A DNA stretch of 64,000 bases from assembly GCA_904063045.1 (NCBI GenBank), contig CAJFCJ010000025.1, forward strand, positions 310,001-374,000, read 5' to 3'. The stretch is from Dimorphilus gyrociliatus (taxonomy: Eukaryota; Animalia; Annelida). How positions within the stretch are numbered: the first letter of the stretch is position 1; every line of letters starts with the position of its first letter. The position numbers and the translations under genes are program-made. Below, piece by piece: positions 56,940 to 64,000 of this stretch. Below the pieces are notes generated by a model. It worked only from the letters and a program-made list of their open reading frames with translations. It was not told the origin of the DNA and did not search any database.

Positions 56940-58445
56940 TCAATTTACATCTAAAGCTGGTCTCCAAATTTTAATTCCACCATCTGTTAAACCAATTGCC
57001 AACGTTCCATTCATCTCCGAAATCTATTGGATGAAATCAATTGTATTGTTAATAAGATAGCATAAAAGAAAGAAAAAAATTGATTAGAGTTATTGTCTCA
57101 CTCTTGATATTTCTTGCGTATATTCTATAGAAGCAATTGGTGTTGGTTTATTAGTTGGTGTGTAGATATTGACATACGAACGATTTTGCTGTCGACCACC
57201 AGCCACAAAGATACCCCCAGACCTCTCAAGAATGGTGCCAATTCGTCGTTTATCCAAAGCATTTATAGACTATGTATTTAAATGTAATTAGACTTCTCTT
57301 GTACTTGTTAAAGGGTATTTTGTTTGTATTCATTGATTTACTTACATTTTCCGTTTCAAAATTGTTAGCTGCATTAATTAATGTTAAATTACCCATACTA
57401 TCACCAACCCAGCAAGTATAGCCGTTATAACAAATGGCTGTTGGATATACGACTTTTTCGTCCTGTTTTGGCAGAGTTATAACTTTTAGAGGTGATTTTA
57501 AAAGCCTTCTATCCAAAATTTTAATTGTCCCTTCCTCGGAACCAGTAATTACGTATTTATCACAACAGTCAATAGCCAAAATTGGCCTAGTGTGCATTCG
57601 GAAAGATTTACAACATTCTCCATCAACCCTTTTATCGAATGTATACAATTTTTTATGAAAAGATCCTGCTAAAATTTTATGCTCCTCGTTTCTTAGACAT
57701 AAAATAGGAGATTCAGCTTTAAAAGATGTCTCAGCCTCTTCAATATTATTTAAATCCCATATTTTTATTGAAGTATCCCAACTTCCGGTAGCTAATTTGC
57801 CTTGTCTCTCTTCCATACACCATATCCAACCGGAATGTGCATTTGTCTTTGCTGATGCTTGAACATTAGCCAAAAATGGAATTTTGTTCTGTAATTTTTC
57901 CAAATCGAATATTTGCAATGATTTATTCCGCGAACCAGTGACTAATTTATTGCCATTCTGATCGCCATATTTAAATATTATTTTGTTAAAATATGAAAAT
58001 ACTGTCGTTAGTTATTAAACCTCAAAACTAAATGAATTTATTGGCTTACATCATATAACAAACAGCAATCAACAACGCCTGCAAAATCCCTGTTGTTGGA
58101 AAATTCAATCATACTACCTTTATTGTTTTTCCATACATCTTCTATTTTCTCCCAACCTAGACAAACATTCCTCCAATTAATTTTATTTTCTGGGATATTT
58201 ACAGCAGGATATCTGCCACAATTTGGCCATTTTGTTCTCATCAACGTTTTCCAAAATAACGCATTTTCCTCTTGTAATAAATAATTAAAGTATCTACAGG
58301 TGGCACTTAAATTTCCTACTAATGACTTAACATCTAGATTGCGGCAGATATTATAAAATATTTCTGGTGGTAGGCTGTGGAATGGGGTTGTTTGGGATTC
58401 ACTCTCCTCTGAGAGAGATCTCTCCAAGTTTGTTGTAAATTCCAT
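56940..58445 (-). CDS. FBXW9: F-box/WD40 protein, FBXW9/MEC-15-like; 4 exons (58445-58050, 57957-57346, then two short 3' exons ending at TGA 56940-56942)
   Basis: F-box FHSLPPEIFYNICRNLD; WD repeats AHSGWIW, LATGSWDTSIKIWD, VITGSEEGTIKILDRR; terminal GGIKIWRP. The orthologue name comes from motif recall, not a search. Confidence 0.8.
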
Positions 58446-60380
58446 TCCACCTTTAGACTAATTTTGAATACTGAGAGCTAGGCTCTAAAACATTTCGAAA
58501 TTCAAAGTATGAGTCAAACAAAGATCAAGAGCATATTACTTAAAATTACTGTCTAGTTTCACAATACTTTTAAATAAAGGTCAAGGCCTTTCCGAATAGG
58601 AAGTTGATGAAAAACCAAAATGGCAGCTCTCTACATGCTCCTAAGTCACATTACCTATAAATATTCTACTTAAAATAACATTTATTTAATTTATTTTAGA
58701 AATCATTAATGAAATAAAAAAAAATTTATCAATAATGTAGGATTACGCAATATTAAGAAAAAATATCTTTGATTTAATATTTTTTCTTGCCTTTAATTCT
58801 ACTTTCAAGAATATTGAATTAGCTTTTATATTTTAAAGAAGGTTTAGGTTTCTCACGTCATCTTTTCAAAGAAATACTTAAAAGTTGACTCGCCTCGAAA
58901 GCAAATCCAGATTTTCCAGATTTTCAGTCTTTTGCAGATATTTTTTCTTAAAAGTTGCTACCACGACTAAGAGAATAAGCCTTAAAATTACCCATATAGT
59001 TTTAGATTTACGTTCAGTTTCCTGTTCGGATCAAGCCTAACCCAAGGTGACATTTATCCTATTCTGGATAAGATTTTGCCAGAATCTATTACAAACAAAA
59101 GAAAATTGGAGTATTAATACTAATAATTGTTTGTTTTTTCACATTCCTCCTTAATTTCTTGACATATTACTTGACAATTAAAACTGACTAGAAATGCTGC
59201 TTAACAGAGCCAATAGAAATCAATTAGGGAGACACTGAAGACAAAATTTCCAATAAGCCATGGCTTGATGCTTCCATTGATCACGAATTGTCCAGTTAAC
59301 AATTCAATTTAGTAAATTTTCGTAAATTGGGGATGGTAATTTTTTTCCTTAGACGATATTTGTTAGCATCTAAAACTAACAAATATTCAGTTTGAAATAA
59401 AGAAAACTATAATATCCACTATTCACTTATCATAATCATTCCTAAAAGAAATCTTTTAAGCTTATAAAGAAGTTTTAATCTAGCTTTAATCTAGTTTTTG
59501 ATTGGATAAACTTACTATTTCAAACTCGAAATAGCTTTGTTAATTATTTGTCCAAGGGATAAGCTATCTTATTGTATTGTACAAGCCTTTCCTTTGCTAA
59601 GAAAACATAACAATTTCTTACAGCAGCTAATGTTTTTCCTTTTTTGGTGTTGATGAGAAAAAGATAGCGTTTAAATACGATTATCTTCCATTAAACGAAG
59701 GAATTTATTAAAATATTTTAAAACACAGACTTTTCAAACATAGTAAGTTGATATATAAACACAGCAAAGACTTATCAAATGAAAAGAAGAGTGTTGATTA
59801 AATAAATCTATTTGTATAACTGAAAAGAGAAACAGAACTTTACTAATTAAATTATTTAATCCAAAGAAGAAATCCAGACTTAAATGATTAAGACATCAAG
59901 AATTCTACGTACGTTTTACTACTATTGGATTGACATTTTAGCCTCAGCATTAAGAATGACATATTAACCTAGATTTATTTATAAAAAATAATACGGTTAA
60001 CTATCTAAACGAATATATCTTGGGTTAAGAAATTGAAGTTTCCTGTTCCATAAATTTTTTAAAAAATAACCTAAATGAATAAAGTTTATTAACGAGATTA
60101 TATCGTATTAGTAGTTTTATTGAAATATCAACAATGATTCTCAAGAATAAAGGAAAAATCCTTTAAAAGAGTAAAAAATTAACTCAGAGAAGTAAAGTTT
60201 AAAAATTCTTTAATTATATTATTCATTAGTAATAATAATACAGATAATAAAGATAGAAGAATATATTTCGAATTTTCCCGCTGTTCCTAGGCCTTTCAAT
60301 CTCTCTATAGCAACGGCAAAATGGAGGTTTGATAAAATTAACAATTACAGGGATAAAGTTTCTACTTTTTGAACATAAAA

Positions 60381-61914
60381 ATGGCTCACAATTATTATCG
60401 GACTCCTTGGAGATCTAGTAACTATAACTCTGCATATTCTAGTACCTATAGCTCATCTTATCGTCCTCCTTATATGCTTTCAAACTCTCATGGATCAGGA
60501 TTTTCTTCCTACTCTTCTGTACCTTCTAGCCTCCCGTCCAACAGATTAAGTTCCAATAATTATTCTTCTAGTACCATTCCTAGAAGTATGGGACATAGTC
60601 TATCGAGATCAGATTGGAATTCTGTAAGTAAACTTGTTCTGTTTTATCTCATTGTTAGTGAAGGAATCTTATCGATTCTTCCAATATATTTAGTTTACAA
60701 ATTATACAATGAAAGAAATCAATAGAAAAAATATATAGCATTGGTTGAATTCCAACAATTTGCATTAGCATATACTATATATAATAACGTAAGCGAACAC
60801 CTGATCTGCAGCTAACTGTATCGTACAAGTAACGAAAATATTTTGTATTTAGCTTAAATAGGTGAATAGAAGCTAAAGAGGGTGTGGGAGGAGTAGATTA
60901 GAACTGAAAGATATAATCTAAATAAGTAAAATTGATATTTTTAAACTCTATGATTATTTTGTTTTTTGTCTAAAACCTATTTTATTAATTGGGATTTTAT
61001 ACTTTGTTTGCATTTATTATTTTTCTAAACATACTATTTTCTCTTTCTTTTTGCAATAGCATTCCAACAGTCCGTCCAAACAACCTGATAGCTATTATCT
61101 TGAACGCTTATACGGGATTTTAGGAAATTCTACTCCTCTTGGTGTTTCTCATTACGCGTCACCTTTAACGGATTATATGTCAATAGGGTCATACAGGGAT
61201 GCCGAAGATATTAGATATTTGAAACGTCATGAATTTACACACGTTTTAAATTGTGCTGCATACCAACCATCACTGAAATCTCCATATCCACCAGATAGCG
61301 GTATTGTAGGCTATTTACAATTTTTCGCCGAAGATACAGAGTATTACGATATGATGCAACATTTTATGAAAGCTAAAGGGTTTATTGATGCAGCAAGACG
61401 GTATTATTTTTGGCAAAAGATTTTAAAAATAACATCATTAATAATATCTACTAATTAAGTAAATATAGATTTCAATGTCCCATAAATAGTCTACTATTTC
61501 TAATTAAGAAAATAATGATTTTTAATTATTCGAATGAAAACACAAAAGAACTCTGAAGGGATTTTCATTTAATCACTAAAAATTAACAATGTAATATTCA
61601 GCTAAGTATGGATTGATGGATTATTTAATTGTTAAATAATTCGATTACTCTTATTAATATAAGAATAAATGATATAATAAACTCTTTTGCCAAAAAAACA
61701 AATCAGATACGGTGGAAAAGTTTTGGTTCATTGCGCAATGGGAGTAAATAGAAGTGCTACAATGTGCGTAGCTTATTTAATGCTTGACCAACAACTGGAT
61801 TTATTGGAAGCTGTCAGAAGAGTAAAATCCAGACGTGGAGTAATATTAACTAACAAAAGTTTCCAAAAGCAACTTATCAGGTTTGCAAGAGAAAAAGATT
61901 TATTAAAGTCTTAA
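60381..61914 (+). CDS. Atypical dual-specificity phosphatase (DUSP3/13/26-like) with Ser/Tyr-rich N-terminus; 3 exons (60381-60623, 61060-61400, 61707-61914)
   Basis: MSIGSYRDAEDIRYLKRHEFTHVLNCA; general-acid loop FAEDTEYYD; intact CX5R VLVHCAMGVNRSAT; AVRRVKSRRGVILTNKSFQKQL. Confidence 0.92.
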
Positions 61915-62228
61915 AGAGTCATTTGAGGTCATCATCTGAGAGGAAAAAAAGTCTTGATCCCCTTTTCTCGTATATCTGTGTAGTCTATGGCTTCTTTTTT
62001 TATGAATATTAGATAAAAAATATGAAAGGGATTGAAATTAAATAGTTTTCTTTAATTGTTATCTGAAACGTGATATTGTATAAAACCTATTATAAAATAT
62101 TCCTTTTAAGATATTGATATATATATATATATATAGATTTATATATACGTTTACGTGTAAATCTAAATTTTTCTCTTATCCTTCTAATAAAACTGGCGTA
62201 AAGATAATTAATCGCATTACCGAGAATT

Positions 62229-63854
62229 TTAGAGAATAGTTATAAGTTTATATAAAAATAGATATAAGGCAAGGTTTATATATGCAGTATACATAAATTT
62301 ATATAGATAAAAAAAAGAATACGAAATTCCTGAACTATTAATAGAAACTGCAGTTTTGTTGGGTTTTACTTTCTTAAGTAGATTTTTATATGGTCGTCCA
62401 TATAGTCCTACTGTTTTATAAAGATTATACTCAAAAGTATAAAATTGATACGGATATATACCATTCATTCTATACAATTGTTTCTTATAATTTGGTTCTG
62501 CATCTTGGAAAGCTTTCTCTTCTAACTGATATATAGGGAATACATATTTAGTTGTAAAATTAGCCATAATTACTATTTGCGTCCTAATATTATGCGAAAT
62601 GTCATTATTTCTCCACCTAATTACCAGACACGATTCAACAATGTTTTCACTTCCTTTAGAATTTCCCCTATAAATACCGACAGCAAAATTTGTAACATTA
62701 ACAGCTTTGTTTTTGATTATTACAAAGCAACAAAAGTTTTTAAGGCATATCTTTGTTTTAGCTTCGTTATCTCTTCCGTTTAACAACGACATTGTATAAT
62801 TCACTCCGTCTATATATGCTTTAAATTTCTCTTTCGCCTCTCTTATAAATAATCTAGAAAGTTTTACATCTGGAAAGTAAGTAATATCCCTTCTGGTTGA
62901 TAGAATATCAAGACTGGCCATTAAAAGCTCGTCCTCGTAAGATTTCGAGCTATGTTTCAATACATTGTAAGGTGTATAAATACCACTTCCGAACATCATA
63001 TCGTCTTTATTCTTCAGATTACTTACAAATAATGTTATTCCCATAATTGACGCCCAAGAAGCATGAAAAGGAATAGCATGAAAAGGAACTGTGTTTATCC
63101 AAACGGATGACAATGCAATAATGTCAATTTTACGATTCTCTATAAGATCAATAGCTACTTCGCTGTTAAATATATCGTAAGAGATAAGCATTCCAATGGT
63201 CCCGTAAGGAGTTTTAAAACAAGATGGTACTGTAGATGTTGGAACATCGTACCACTTTTCAAAGTCTCTTAGATTCTTCTTAAAATATCTTCCTAAATGA
63301 ACTCCACTTGGCGAATATGCAACATTTGCATTAAAGTGATAGACGCCGTTCTGGGTGCACTGTTTATTATTTTGAGGGCAATTTTCTTTCGCGCCAATGT
63401 TAGCTATTAAATATAGTGAATAATTTTTAGCTATACAAGATAGCGTATGTTGAATTAGAAAATCTTCTTTGCCTCCCAATTCTCTACAAGGATTAACTCT
63501 ACGAATTGGATCCGGTATTTCTTCCAATAATTTATAGATATCCTCTCTGGAAGTCAAATAGTGAGGAAAGAAGAGACCATACTCCGGAAAGACGATTATC
63601 TTTGCTCCCTAAAATCATAAAATCTTTATTCATATTTATGTTGACTAAAAAGCATATGATCTTTCCTTTTTGTAACTCTCAATGGCCATTGTCATATAAA
63701 TATTCAAAGATGATTTCAATATTTCAGTCTTATTTTTCACTTTAAAATACTCTCTAAAAGCTACCGTAGCTTTTCTATCAAACACAGAAACTTTAAATGT
63801 TTTGCTTCTATAATTTCTTACTAAGATCGCCAATAGAAAAAGCATTTTGAACAT
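62229..63854 (-). CDS. Vanin/pantetheinase/biotinidase-like protein; 2 exons (63854-63666, 63608-62229) joined by an apparent GA-AG intron; catalytic Cys replaced by Ser
   Basis: Signal-like N-terminus, TFKVSVFD; GAKIIVFPEYG (catalytic E); LSCIAKNYSLYLIAN; YHFNANVAYSPSG..LGRYFKKNL (catalytic K); FKTPYGTIGMLISYDIF; vanin C-domain CLKNFCC; hydrophobic C-terminal tail. Confidence 0.85.
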
Positions 63855-64000
63855 TGTTCATAAGTCTTATTTTGGATTTATATAACTTTAACTAGAATTT
63901 ATCTTTGGCTAATTAAAATATTTAAATATTAAATATGAATAATTAATTCAAATGTTATCATTTGAATACTTTTACAACCAAATGCCGTATATAGAGTAGA

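Noticed and set aside
58900-59420. Moderately complex sequence between FBXW9 and DUSP as a decayed element
   Set aside because: No terminal repeats or recognisable protein motif by eye.
63677-63690. Canonical alternative donor (GAG A|gttac) for the vanin intron
   Set aside because: It is phase 1 and would need a weak acceptor inside GGAG|CA, deleting the conserved K-K-G-A. This is less parsimonious than the GA donor, but only cDNA can exclude it.

Overview
Eukaryotic, very AT-rich (about 75% by eye) animal genomic DNA. Most introns are about 50-70 nt, and the gene content suggests a compact spiralian (annelid/mollusc-like) genome; this is an inference. Spliced gene models were built by hand from GT-AG sites and protein motifs. 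Left to right: a possible orphan exon at the left edge; a divergent Cys-loop (nAChR-like) subunit (-); a secreted PAN + Thr-rich micro-exon stalk + beta-domain protein (+); an intact 1597-bp Tc1-like transposon with 223-bp TIRs and DD35E spacing; a CUB-LDLa-TM protein (-); a KY/hillarin/LTD-1-like transglutaminase-fold protein with a dynein-MTBD-like tail (-); a neuromedin-U/pyrokinin-type GPCR (+); a head-to-head CYP4 pair; an FBXW9-like gene (-); an atypical DUSP (+); a vanin-like gene (-). Main finding: the two otherwise well-diverged CYP4 paralogues share a 1006-bp inverted tract that is 1005/1006 identical, introns included. It flanks a 4.08-kb segment carrying both 5' halves and the shared upstream region, which could be a gene-conversion tract and possibly an invertible exon-swapping cassette. 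Other notable points: at least 21 TATA-CAG/CTG-TATA motifs matching Tc1 excision footprints, a probable GA-AG intron and a Cys-to-Ser nucleophile change in the vanin gene, Ala at the 9' gate of the channel, and five CTCF-like motifs. No rRNA, tRNA or CRISPR array could be supported.
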